Below the pieces are notes generated by a model that did no database searches, was not told the origin of the DNA, and worked only from the letters and a program-made list of their open reading frames with translations. A stretch of 64,000 nucleotides of DNA from the human T2T-CHM13v2.0 reference genome, Homo sapiens, in the NCBI RefSeq assembly GCF_009914755.1, contig NC_060938.1. The stretch is one strand, 5' to 3'. Of this stretch, positions 27,327-39,346 are shown one piece after another. A program made the translations under genes and the position numbers. The first letter of the stretch is position 1. Each line of letters begins with the position of its first letter.

Positions 27327-28146
27327 TAAAATTATGATTCAGGACAGAAAATGAGAAAAATGACAAAAGAAATTCAGAGAAACTGTTTTGTACTTTAGCA
27401 GAGGAAAAGATCATAAATCTTATAAGTTAATTTTCATCACCATAGACAAGTTAAAATATGATCAATTTCAGATCACATTATCTGTGCTTATTTTTACTTT
27501 GACAGGACAGTTAAGTATTTTAAAGCACTGCATTAAATATAGTTCAGTCTATAATATTATCAGGAACATACAAGAAATTTTTTTTACTGTCCCAAACCCC
27601 ACCCATGACCTTGCTAAATTATATGAGCAACAATAAAAGTATTATTTCCATGACAGACTTGTGCAATATATACAGTCTTTTGGTTCATAATTCAAGGTGA
27701 GACAGTTATATCTTAAAAGTATCAAGCCAAAAACCAGAAGAATACTTACTTTACATGCATCTAGGGAAATTTTGTTTCATTTTATTATTTTCTCTAATGC
27801 TACATTTATCTTTTAATTATTGTTGATATTCTTGAAGAAAATTTAAAAAATCATTCTAATAATACTTATTACCAGTATCAAAATAATACAGTGCATAGGT
27901 ATCATGAATGTGGCTTCCTAACATTTGTTAATTCTACATTTTAAACTATCTTTGCAATCTTTAAGGTAAGACCTGTAATAATAAGCAGATATATAGTACT
28001 TAAGCCATCCAGTTATTCCCCATCTCTGAAAGAATTGAATAGACATGTACAATATTATTAACTAAAAATATTTCTGGGACTGTTATAACAAAATCATGTA
28101 AAATATATTTATATATAATTTTATATAATATAAAATATATATATAT

Positions 28147-28436
28147 ATTTTGAGACAAGGCCTCACTCTGTTACCCAGATGGGAGTGCAATGCTGTGATC
28201 TTGGCTCACTGCAACCTTCGCCTCCCAGGCTCAAGCAATTCTCCTGCATCAGTCTCCTGAATAGCTGGATTACAGGTGCGCACCACTACTGCCTGGGCTG
28301 AGTTTTGTATTTTTAGTAGAGATGAAGTTTCACCGTGTTGTCCATGGCTGGTCTTGAACTCCTGACCTCAAATGATCCACCCACCTCGGCCTCCCAAAGT
28401 GCTGGGATTACAGGTGTGAGCCACCGGACCTGGCCT
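28147..28436 (-). mobile_element. Alu (Jb/Sz-like) whose tail has decayed into an AT-rich/(TA)n tract
   Basis: Antisense Alu; TSD aaatcat(g/c)taaaata at 28091-28105 and 28437-28451. Confidence 0.95.
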
Positions 28437-28702
28437 AAATCATCTAAAATAGTTTTTAAGTATCTGTTTGAATAATATTATTTCCCAAAAAGTAACTATC
28501 GAATATTTTTAAAATTCCACTTTGGAGTATTTTTCTCTCCCATAGATAATTAAGTATATTATTTAAACATTTGGCTTATTTTTGTCATTACCAATGCATA
28601 TAACAAATGCAATTTTTGATTTATAATTTTTCAATAAATATAAATTCTAGAAAGTCATTCTAGCAGTCATTCAAGAGATATATATAGATATAGATTGCTG
28701 TG

Positions 28703-29075
28703 TGGTATGGTTTGGCTGTGTCCTCATCCAAAATTTCATCTTGAATTATAACCCGAATTGTAATCGTCAAGTGTTGGAGGAGGGACCTCGTGATTAGGTC
28801 ATAAGGTTGGTTCCCCCATGCTTTTCTTGTGACAGTAAGTGAGTTATCATGAGATCTGATGGTTTTATAAGGGGCTTTAATTCTCTTTACTCTGCACTTC
28901 TCCTTCCTGCTGCCATGTGAAGAAGTACATGTTTGCTTTCCCTTTCACCATGATTGTAAGTTTCCTGAGGCTTCCCCAGCCGTACTGAACTGTGTGAATC
29001 AATTAAACCTCTTTGCTTTATAAATTGCCCAGTCTTGGAAAGATCTTTATAGCAGCATGAGATCAGACTAATACA
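28703..29075 (+). mobile_element. THE1C-like solo LTR (ERVL-MaLR)
   Basis: tggtatggtttggctgtgtcc ... gattgtaagtttcctgagg ... gactaataca; 5-bp TSD ctgtg/ttgtg. Confidence 0.9.
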
Positions 29076-29269
29076 TTGTGTAACATATGAAATTGAGTTT
29101 TATAGAAATGTTTGTGCAGGGATTGGTATATAAACTTAATCTTCCTGAAACTCATTCTATAATCACCATAGTTTGGCTGCTATCCTACTATTTTAAAATT
29201 AAGGCTAACAGCCAAAGCTACATTCCCTCAAAGCATGCAGAACAAAGCCTTTAGAAACACATTTGCATT

Positions 29270-30250
29270 GTTTGCAAATATTTTCTCCCATTCTTTAGGT
29301 TGTCTGTTTATTCTGATGATTATTTCTTTTGCTGTGCAGAAGCTTTTTAGTTTAATTAAGTCCCATTTGTTTTTGTTGCATTTTCTTTTGAGGGTTTAGC
29401 CATAAATTATTTGTCTAGACCAATGCCCAGAAAAGTTTTTCCTAGGTTTTCTTCTAGAATTTTTATAGTTTCAGGTCTTACATCTAGTTTTTTAATCCAA
29501 CTTGAGATGATGTTTGTATATGGTGAGAGAGAGGGGTCCATGTTCATTTTTCTGTATATGGTTATCCAATTTTCCCAGCACCATTTATTGAATAGGGTGT
29601 CTTTCTCCAGTGTATATTTTTTCACTTTGTCAAAGATCAGTTGGCTGTAGGTATGAAGCATCTATCAACTGTTGACTGAATTTTAAAATGTGATTATATA
29701 TATATATATATGTAAAATATATATTGTGTATATGTGTATATATATATTTTACATATACACACACATATATATACACACGTCACATTTTCACATTTATTCA
29801 GTAGTATTCTATAGTGTATGTATGTGTGTGTATACATTAGGTAATAGATTAGATATTTGTATGGGTATATACACACATACATACATCATAGAATACTACT
29901 CAGCCATAAAAAGAATAAAATTGTCTCTTTTGCAGCAACATGGGTGGAACTGGAAGCAATTATCCTTAGTGAAATGACTCAGAAGCAGAAAGTCAAAAAC
30001 CACCTGTTCTCACTTATAAGTGGGAGTAAATAATGCATACACATGGACATACAGAGTGTAATAATAGACACTGGCGACTTCAAAAGGTAGGTGGGTGGGT
30101 GGTTGGGTGGCATGAGGGGAAAAATACTACTTATTTGGTACAATGTACACTATTTGTGTGAAGTTCAGATTTTACCATTACACAATACATCCATGTAACA
30201 CAACTCCACTTGTATCCCTAAATCCAGAAAAAAAAAATAAAAGAAAGAAA
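29270..30250 (+). mobile_element. L1PB-like LINE-1 with inverted 5' segment (~29270-29655 antisense, ~29656-30250 sense with polyA)
   Basis: ORF 29407-29661 (-) is ORF2 ([10 protein letters not shown]); it abuts a sense ORF2 end and 3'UTR with A-tail; internal (TA/CA)n expansion at 29695-29885. Confidence 0.88.
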
Positions 30251-30339
30251 TTTGGCAATATTGTTATGGAAAATTAGAAATCATGCTGCTTTTACTTTAT
30301 TTATAATTCCCCCACAGGTAATAGTCTAATAAATCAAAT

Positions 30340-30510
30340 CAACCAGGTTTGGCCTCAGACAACTCTATTTTCAAATTATATACCCCCTATTTGCCATCTT
30401 CATGGTTTTGAGCAGTTTTATTTACTCCTCGTAGCCTCAATTTTCTATCTGCAAAATGTGATAGACCTACCTTCAAGGAATGTTATTTGTGGTGATTAAA
30501 CGCTATTGTT
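30340..30510 (+). mobile_element. MIR fragment
   Basis: gcctcaattttctatctgcaaaatg...acctaccttcaagg...gtgattaaa. Confidence 0.65.
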
Positions 30511-30599
30511 ATGTCTAATGCTGTTGAATAACTATTCGAGTATTTCTCACAGTGCATGTCTATTGAGGATGGTGATCATTTAATAGAAGGAAAGAAATT

Positions 30600-30950
30600 A
30601 TCATTGCTTCACACAGATATTTCCAAGTTGCTTTTCAAAGAAGAACAAATTTTCATTTTCAGTGGCAGTGTACATAAATACCCATTTCATTGTTCTTTCA
30701 AAATCACTAGGTTATCTCTTATTTAAAAACATTTCTTAATTTGATGTTCGAAAAATTATTTCACCCTAATTTTATTTTAATTTCTTTGAAAATTAGTGAG
30801 ATTGAATTTTTTTCAAAGCTATTGGATATTTGCATTTTTGGGTAAATTGCCTCTTCACATACTTAGTACATTTAATAATTAAAATATATTTTTTCATTCT
30901 ACACATTGAATATATTAATAATTATTTGCTTGTCATATTTTTATAATGGA
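30600..30950 (-). mobile_element. Old L1M fragment
   Basis: tttctttgaaaattagtgagattgaa...ggatatttgcatt...aattgcctcttcacat is an antisense ORF2 end. Confidence 0.6.
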
Positions 30951-31064
30951 CCAAAAATTTTTGAACCAAATGAATGAATGAGTTAATGCTGTGATAAATT
31001 TTCCACAAGCAGGTGGAAGAAGGAAAAATAATATCTTTTGTACCTATCCATATGCTTACAAAAT

Positions 31065-31362
31065 TTTATTTATTTTTACAGACAGAGTTTCATGCTATTG
31101 TCCAGGCTGGAGTGCAGTGGTGCAATCATGGTTCACTATAATGTCTAACTCCTAGTCTCCAACAATCCTACCACCTCAGCCTCCCAAGTAGGTGGGTCTA
31201 CAAGCACACACCACCAAGCCTGGCTAATTTTTAAATATTTTTGTAGAAATGGGGTCAGGCTATGTTGCCCAGACTGGTCTCAAACTCCTGGTCTTAAGCA
31301 ATTCCCTTGGATCAGCCTCCCAAAGTGCTGTGATTACAGGCATGAGCCACCTTGCCCAGGCC
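31065..31362 (-). mobile_element. AluJ (Jo-like)
   Basis: Diverged antisense Alu, gtgcaatcatggttcact, ctatgttgcccag. Confidence 0.93.
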
Positions 31363-31633
31363 CCTGATTCCCCACCTTTTTTATAGAAAATTTTAACTTT
31401 CAGTTGTGGAAAAATGAATGTGGAGAATTTACCAAAGAAATTTTAAAAGAAAGATATCTGATTGGTGTTGGAATTAGAGATTAAGTATGCTGATATACTG
31501 TTTAATTAATTATAATATATATATTACTGAGCATACATATATGTTACTATAATATGTATAATATGCTCAGTAATCTATACATTTTACTATAATATATATA
31601 ATATATTATACATATATGCTCAGTAAAATAAAA

Positions 31634-31956
31634 CAATGGTCCCCAACCTTTCTGGCAACAGGGACTAGTTTTCTGGAAGACCAGTTTTCCATGGACTGGT
31701 GTTGGCAGGGGGATGGTTTGGGGATGAAACTGTTCCACCTCAGATCATCAGGCATTAGATTCTCATAAGGAGCAGGCAAATTAGACCCCTCTCATGCACG
31801 TGCAGTTTAGAATAGGGTTTGTGCTGATCTGACAGCAGGTGGAGCTAAGGTGGTAATGCTCACTCACACGCTGCTCACCTCCTGCTGTGTGGGGCCCAGT
31901 TGCTAATAGGCCATGGACTGGTGCCAGTCTGTGACCCTGCGGGTTGGAGACCCCTG
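31634..31956. mobile_element. MER1B hAT-Charlie non-autonomous DNA transposon
   Basis: TIRs caatggtccccaacc / ggttggagacccctg; internal aaactgttccacctcagatcatcaggcattagattctcataagg. Confidence 0.9.
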
Positions 31957-32087
31957 AAAAAGGACTGAAGTTCACATCAGTTATTTTTTCCACAGGTTAT
32001 TTATGTTCATAAATTTAGAAACCATTAAAAATGTTCATTGAGAATGAGATTTAACTACTGTTAAGATTTTCAATGTTGAGTCTTTTT

Positions 32088-32375
32088 CATTTTTGAGACA
32101 GATTCACTGTCTTGCCCAGGCTGAAGGGCAGTGGCCCAATCTCGGCTCACTGCAACCACCATCTCTCTGGCTCAATCAATTCTCCTGCCTCAGTCTCCTG
32201 AGTAACTGAGATTACAGGCATGCACCACCACGCCCAGCTAATTTTTCTATTTTTTAGTAGAGAAGGGGTCTCACCATGTTGGCCAGGCTGGTCTCGAACT
32301 CCTAACCTCAAGTGATCTGCCCGCCTCAACCTCCTAAAGTGTTGGGATTACAGGCATGAGCCACCACACCTGGCC
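32088..32375 (-). mobile_element. Alu (Jb/Sz-like)
   Basis: Antisense Alu; TSD caat(g/a)ttgagtctttt on both sides. Confidence 0.95.
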
Positions 32376-35300
32376 AATATTGAGTCTTTTAATATACAAA
32401 TTCAGTTAATAGACTAGTTAAACATTACCGCTGATTGGTTTGGTGAGAGATCCTGGATAATTTACTGAGTCTGCTTGTATGTCAATTTAATAGAGGGTTT
32501 AAAAATTGAACATTACATAAATAGATTATGCTCTAGTTAAAGTAACATAATAATAAAATTTAAAAATAAACATATTAGTGTGTAATTATTAGTGTTATTG
32601 GGGTATTTTCCCTTTATAACTACTTTATCAGAACATTTCCTTTAAATTGTGATTATCTATAATCTAAGAAATTTCTGTTACCCAATCAGTAACTTCTGAC
32701 GTCTACAAATTTGGGAGGCAATAAAATTTGCACTGTCAGAGGCTACTGAAATTTAAAAATAAATCACAAACACTATGTCTGAAATGTTAACATAAGTCAA
32801 TGGAAAAATACAATGTAATTCACAAAAATTCACTTTGTATGTTACTTTCTAATAAATATTCCTTTAAGTAAGGATTAGGTATAATACTCTATTTTGGGTA
32901 CTTTTTCTGAAAGTTAAGTAATCATCTAACAGGCTCCACATGGGAGGCAGAAAGCAAACAGCAGAAGGAGCAGAGATGAAACTAGGTCTACTGGACAGGA
33001 AACCTGGCATGTTAGTTATAAATCTCTAACTTTTCTATCAATATCCAGATACCAGAATCTTCCTCATGTACCTTTCTTTGCTGTAATATAATCCTTTTCA
33101 TTTCCATAGACTATTCTGAGGCAGTTACCCTCTCTTATCAACTCTAATTATATGCATTGCAACTTGTTCACTGAGCTAATATTCCTACAACAAAATGCTG
33201 AGCAAAGGATAAATATTTTTTTTTCATGAAGCTGTTACTGGAACAAGGCAGGCATAGAAGATCTTGATTTTTGCTGTTAGACTGTGCTATTATGAAGGCA
33301 TCCTCATTCTAATCTACTGTTAGTATATACATGTGCTCACAGTGTCTTTCCCATCATTATAGGTACAAGAGAAATCATACTTTTGAGTGAACACACGAAA
33401 ACTTTCCTTCAGGAATTCACCAACAAAGGTTATATTTCTAACACACTCAAGTCAGGAAAAAAATAATGGCATTACTTAAATTGTTATCGAATGCACTGGA
33501 ACAAGTATTTCCACATTAGCAATGTATATGAAATAAAGGGGCCCAATGCTTAACAAAATAAAAATATTAGGAAAAAATATTTCAATTCTTGCACTGAAAA
33601 GGAAAAGCATATAGTACTAATGGGAAGGATTTTGGCATAGCAGTTTTTGGCATATATATATACCCTGTGTATTATTACATATTTTGGTCCGAAAACTTTT
33701 TATAAAAGCAGTTTCCTTATTTATTGTTCTGACATCACCATTTATAATTTATGAAACTACAGTTTATAAATCATGTAGCAGGGAAGTAGTCACTCAATAT
33801 TTTAATACTTAGCTATTCTGGCATTTTTTTTATTCTATAATATTTATTTTCCTTGTATTATATGCCAATATGTTCATATCACTCCAGGATAGCTAATCAG
33901 CTAATCTTAGTCCATATTTGAAACCAAAGGTGTGTGTTCATTTTTTAGGCGTATTTCTTCCTAATTATTTCAGCTGGAACTAGTCCATAATATAATATAA
34001 TGGAACAAAGTTGCATAAAATGTACCTGGCTGTCTTCCCACTTACTGGTCTTTGTTAGACTGAGATATCTTAAATCCCGAGCAAATCTTAGCATATTGGA
34101 GATATCAATACTCCAGGATTTGCTATAAAGGTGAGCTTTATCCTTTATTGTAGATTTTGCCTATATATTTGTTAACATTGGAAAATCATTGAAAACTAGT
34201 TTATATGTCTATGCAAATATAGTTCTTTCTCCCCCCATTGATACAGAATTAAAATTTAACCAGGTTAATGCCCTTCTACCAATAGTCACAATATACATAA
34301 ACACTGTTATTCCCTATTCTTCTAGACCAAGAAAGTATTTCATAAATTGTAAATAGGCAATTAATTTATTTTTATGTGCATTGCTAGAATCTGAACAGTG
34401 CAGTTGTCCTATAGCTCCCTACCACTATCAGCTTATATACCTACAGCTTCCAGCAATAGAGATGAGCAAAGATTGGCTATTCCAAAGATAATAAGAGAAA
34501 TAAGAGGCACAACAGAAGCAGAACTTATCTTTTGATGAGTTGTTGTACTTACTAAATCACGACATCCAGGCTCTGTCTCCCTAGAAGGGGCAGTTCGTAG
34601 GCACTGCGATTCCATGCTTGAGAATTTATAAATAGATTTTCATTTTCAATCGGATCTAATTTATTCTACTATAATTGTGCATTCTCTCATTTTGTGTCCA
34701 GGCATTTATCTTTGTCCAGATAACCACAGGGATATATGTGTCTATATTTAATTTGAAGATGAAAGAAAATGTGAAATTTAGTAGTAGACATTGTTGGAAA
34801 ATACACCAATACTAAAAGTGTTTAAAGCGATTTAAAAAAAAATCTGCATGTCTACTTCCCCTGAAAAATCATTTGCATATTTTCACAAAACAGTATGATA
34901 AAGTATACTTGAAAACATGTATAATCCCCACACATAAATCTGTGTGGCTCATACCCCTTCAATTCGGTCAAAACTATGTTGAACACATTTCCTCATCTGC
35001 TCCTGTTGACTGAACTCCTTGGATATTTTAAAAGTCTTTCAAAAGGTAAATTAATCCTGTGACTGAACAATTGACCATTTAGAGGCCTCAGCCCGTAACA
35101 GGAATTCTTTCCCTATTTAGGTTATTTTGTATATGATTACAGTTGTAACCAGGGGTCTTCTCTATACATTGGTAATAAGAAAATCAACACTACAAAAGAA
35201 CAGAAAGAAAACTGGTCATGAAAAATATATACTGATTTAGATAGCTGAGCCAGAAAATCTGAAATGAAATTTCATTAAAATTCAAAATTTAACAACTAGC

Positions 35301-35734
35301 ACCAAGTTTGTGGTATCCAAATACTAATTCTCACTTGAACCAGTGCTTCCCAGAGAAATAGCTGACTTTTGGACTCTTGGGAGGATACATAAAAGATGAA
35401 CCTGGGGCATGTGCTGACAGGCTTGGAAGTTGCCAGAACCAAGCAGAAGGGGTTCCAATGGGTCCAGAATGCAACAATTTTAGCATTAGAAATAATCATG
35501 ACTACAATTGATCAAAACACATCAGACATTTTAAAATCCATATATTCACAAGGAGACTAACGAAAGTTAATAGAACCAATTCATTACAACTGTAGTTAGT
35601 TAGAAGCAACTTATATTCAAAGTTGGTTAAAAAAAGAAAAAATATCAAACATTCACCCTGCTTTTTCTGAATAATTTGGGAGAGTTCTTCTCTATTAAAG
35701 ATTATAGCTAAAAATACAAAAAGGGTAATAAAAA

Positions 35735-36945
35735 TTACTATTTTGAAACCCCAGTGAAATAATAATAGATCTAGGTAATGATCATCAGTGAATTTTGTTA
35801 GATTACATATTAATGTATATTTTATAATGCAAAAATAAGGGTAACCATCCCTGAAACCACCGATGAATTTTATCCTCACTGAAAGTGGAATAGTCAGATA
35901 TTATGTGCTTCATGATATGATGTAACATTTAAAAAATCTGAACTTAAATATGATCAAACCTCTGAATATTACTACCAGTTTACGGGTAAGAGATGATAGT
36001 AGAATGGGTTACATGACTTCTTAAGAAATGATTCAGTCAAATTCAAAATGCACAACATTCTATGGGACAAGTAAATCAGTTTCTTGACAACTGAAGGGCA
36101 TTTCTAAAAAAGAGGATGAGATAGAGTCCTTTACAGAATGAAAAAGACATCACAAATAAATATAATGAGCAGATATTCTTTGGCTCCAATATTTCAAATA
36201 TCTACTAAGATATTTTAGAGCAAATCAAGGAAACCTGAATAAGAACTGGTATTAGATAGTGTTAAGGATTTTGTAAATAATGGTGTTAGATAGATTAATG
36301 TTTATTATGAGTTGAACTGTGTCACCCCAAAATGATATATTTGAGTCCTAACTCTCAATACCTCAGAATGTGGGCTTATTTGGATAGAAAGTCATTACAG
36401 AGGTAAAGTTAAATGAGGTCAATTAACCTCAAGTTAAAATTAGGTCATTAGAGTGGGCCTTTATCCAGTATGACTGATGTCATAAAGGGAAAGATCTGGA
36501 TACAAAGATTGACACAAGTAAAAGTAATATGATGTGGAGAGACACCAGAAGACAGCTATCTACAATCCAAGGAACAGCTCTTTCCCCAGAACTTTCAGAA
36601 GTGGCATGGCCTTGCTGAAACCTTGATTTCAGATTTGTAAACTCCAGTACTGTGAGGCAATACTTTTCTGCTGTTAAGCCATCTCGTTTATAGTAGTTTT
36701 TGATGGCAGCCCTAGCAAACTAACACACCATTCAATTGTCTATATTAGTTGGAAATACATTATATAAGTATTTATACATGAAATAACATGTGCAAGATTT
36801 CCAGTAAAATTATCTAGCAAAAAAGTGAAAGAGAAGAAATAAGATGAGAGCCTCATAATTACTGGAGTTATGGATACATAGAATTAATTATGCTATATTA
36901 ATTTATAAGTTGACTTAAAAGGTCCATTTGAAAGGTTTAAAAAAA
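35735..36945 (+). mobile_element. Old L1M (MC/ME-type) 3' fragment, interrupted by MLT1B
   Basis: tagatctaggtaatgatcatcagtg, tactaccagttta, tcagtcaaattcaaaatg, tggtattagat resemble old L1 3'UTR. Confidence 0.6.
36303..36727 (+). mobile_element. MLT1B-like solo LTR (ERVL-MaLR)
   Basis: gttgaactgtgtcacccc...cctcagaatgtg...ccttgatttcag...ggcagccctagcaaactaacaca. Confidence 0.85.
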
Positions 36946-36954
36946 GACAAAATA

Positions 36955-37165
36955 GCTGGGCCTGTAGCCTCTGCTACTCAGGAGGCTAAGGAACTTTTTC
37001 TGAAGCATCCAGGAATGTTTGTAATTATATAATATATATTAAAAAGTATCCCTTACTTTTAGGAGGATCCCTTAAGCCAGGAGTTTGAGTTACGATCATG
37101 TCAATGCAATCCAGACTGGGTGACAGAGTGAGACCCTCATTTCTAAAAATTACAAATAAACCAAC
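36955..37165 (+). mobile_element. Alu monomer (FRAM/FLAM or AluJ right arm) carrying a ~70-bp non-Alu insert
   Basis: cctgtagcctctgctactcaggaggctaagg [insert 36992-37060] aggaggatcccttaagccaggagtttgag...gggtgacagagtgagaccct plus A-rich tail. Confidence 0.85.
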
Positions 37166-37474
37166 AAATGAAGAAAGAATAAATGCATATACTCAATGAT
37201 CACACTGATGAAATTAAGGCTCCCTCACAGAACTAAATTCTGTCTCATGTGTAAAACACCAAAACATAAACCAAAGAACCTAGCCAGAGAAATGCCACTC
37301 ATCAGTTTTATCATGAAGATTTGTATCTCAAGCCATACCTTTTAGGATATTGATAAGCCCACTCTAATAACTAACTTTCTGAGAAGGTTTTTATTAAATA
37401 CTACACAAAGAACTGAAATAGTTTGTGAATCCAGTATAACATTTTAAATCTCAAAGATAATCCTTTGGGGGTTT

Positions 37475-37795
37475 TTTTGTTTTATTATTTGTATTTTTTT
37501 GGGGGGGACAGAGTCTCACTGTGTCACCCAGTCTGTAGTTGAAGTGCAGTGGCGTGATCATAGATCACTGCAGCTTCCAAACATCTGGACTCAAGCAATC
37601 CTTCTGCCTCAGCCTCCCAAGCAGCTGGGAGTGCAGATGCTTGTCACCATGCCCGAGTAATTTATTTTAATTATTATTTTGTAGAGAAGGGGTCTGGCTT
37701 TGTTGCCCAGGCTGGTCTCAAACTCCTGACTTTAAGTGATCCTCCTCCTGCCTCCCAAAGTGCTGGAATTATAGGCTTGAGCCACTGTGTCCAGC
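37475..37795 (-). mobile_element. AluJ (Jo/Jr-like)
   Basis: Antisense Alu, gtgatcatagatcactgcagc, ctcaagcaatcc. Confidence 0.93.
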
Positions 37796-38239
37796 TAAAC
37801 GATACTTTTTAATATATATTATGTTATTAAAATCATCCTGCTTCAGAAAAAGTTTAAACACACATACACAAATGCCCCGTTTAACATTTAAAAATTCAAA
37901 TTCATCCTTCAAAGTAGCACTTGGTTACCTGATGTTTCTCCATTATAGTATGGACTGCAATGAGACAATTTAGACCATTTTACTTTTTTAAAAAATATGT
38001 ACTTGAAATATAAATCTGTTTTAAAATCTGTTGATGATCAGTACAGTGGATATAGCTGGGTTCCATGTCCAAAATTAGTTATAGGAAAAGCCAAGAGGTC
38101 AGAGAGTAAAACATGCTTTAGGTATCATAAAAAAAAAAAGGCATATTTAGGTGGCTTAGTAAAAGCAGTCCTAGATAAGTGATATGATTAGCAAAATTAA
38201 TTGATTCACCACTCTCTCACTACATTATCCTCTACTACC

Positions 38240-38521
38240 TTTTTTTTTTTTTTTTTTGGAGATGGAGTCTCGCTCTGTTGCCCAGGCTGGAGTGCAGTGG
38301 CGCAATCTCAGCTCCTGGGTTCACGCCATTCTCCTGCCTCAGCCTCCCTAGTAGCTGGGCTACAGGCACCCGCCACCACGCCCAGCTAATTTTTTGTATT
38401 TTTAGTAGAGACAGGGTTTCACCGTGTTAGCCAGGATGGTCTCTCTCTCTTGACCTCGTGATCTGCCCGCCTCGGCCTCCCAAAGGGCTGAGATTACAGG
38501 CGTGAGCCACCGCGCCCGGCC
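38240..38521 (-). mobile_element. AluY with small internal deletion
   Basis: Y diagnostics ttcacgccattctc, ccgtgttagccaggatgg, gacctcgtgatc; TSD tcctctacta(c/t)ctt. Confidence 0.95.
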
Positions 38522-39346
38522 TCCTCTACTATCTTAACTTTACCCTTGCTTCTTATCCCTTTATTTTGTTGTCAATACCAATACAATTTTCCTGGTTGCC
38601 AATACCAATGCATATTCTCTGGAATATGGTTGAGTGGTATTGATGTTCAAGATGACATTTACTTTCTCCTTTTTCACTATGTATCTGTGACATTCTTTTA
38701 AAATGTGGTTAACCTGTATCTAGTTTGTGAATGCTTAGTCCTAGCTTCCCTCTCTAAGTAAGGGTTCTCATCTTTTATAGAGCCTAGTACCAAAAATAGA
38801 TGTACAAAATGTGTAACCCTAATATCTCCTTAATAACCTAGAATACACGGCAACTTTATGATGCTTTTTATACAGCTAGGTGACACAATACTTATTGATT
38901 ACATTGTAATAAAACGAATATATCTGGGGTTAAACGTGAAGGGAGACCAAGGATCAAATTGCTCTAAAAAAATCTAAATGAACTCTTTCAAAACTTTGGT
39001 GTTTTAATTGCTCAGTAATCCATATTGCCATATTTTCATTCTAAAAATGGTTTTTTAAACCATAATTATTCTTTGTATGCCGTTGTTAATTTTCTCCATT
39101 ATTATTCCTTGGATGCAGATGTTAATTTTGAATACTGAGCTATGGACTAGGAACCTGCTATAGGTGACCAGTTTTGATAACATTTACAACAGTTGGTGGG
39201 TAATTTTACATATACATATATTTTTTTTCAATGCTCTTCTTCTCCATCACATTATAGTGAATTATATTGTAATATTACAAGAGGGAGTACAAAAATGATG
39301 TCTGACTTCTTCATGCTATATCCGAAGTCTCGAGAATGTCTGTTGC

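Noticed and set aside
29690-29977. Y/I/C/V-rich ORFs (also 57112-57438)
   Set aside because: Translations of (TA/TG)n microsatellites
35502-35879. 125-aa hydrophobic minus-strand ORF
   Set aside because: Non-ATG start, composition driven by T-richness, partly overlaps an old L1 fragment, no recognisable domain
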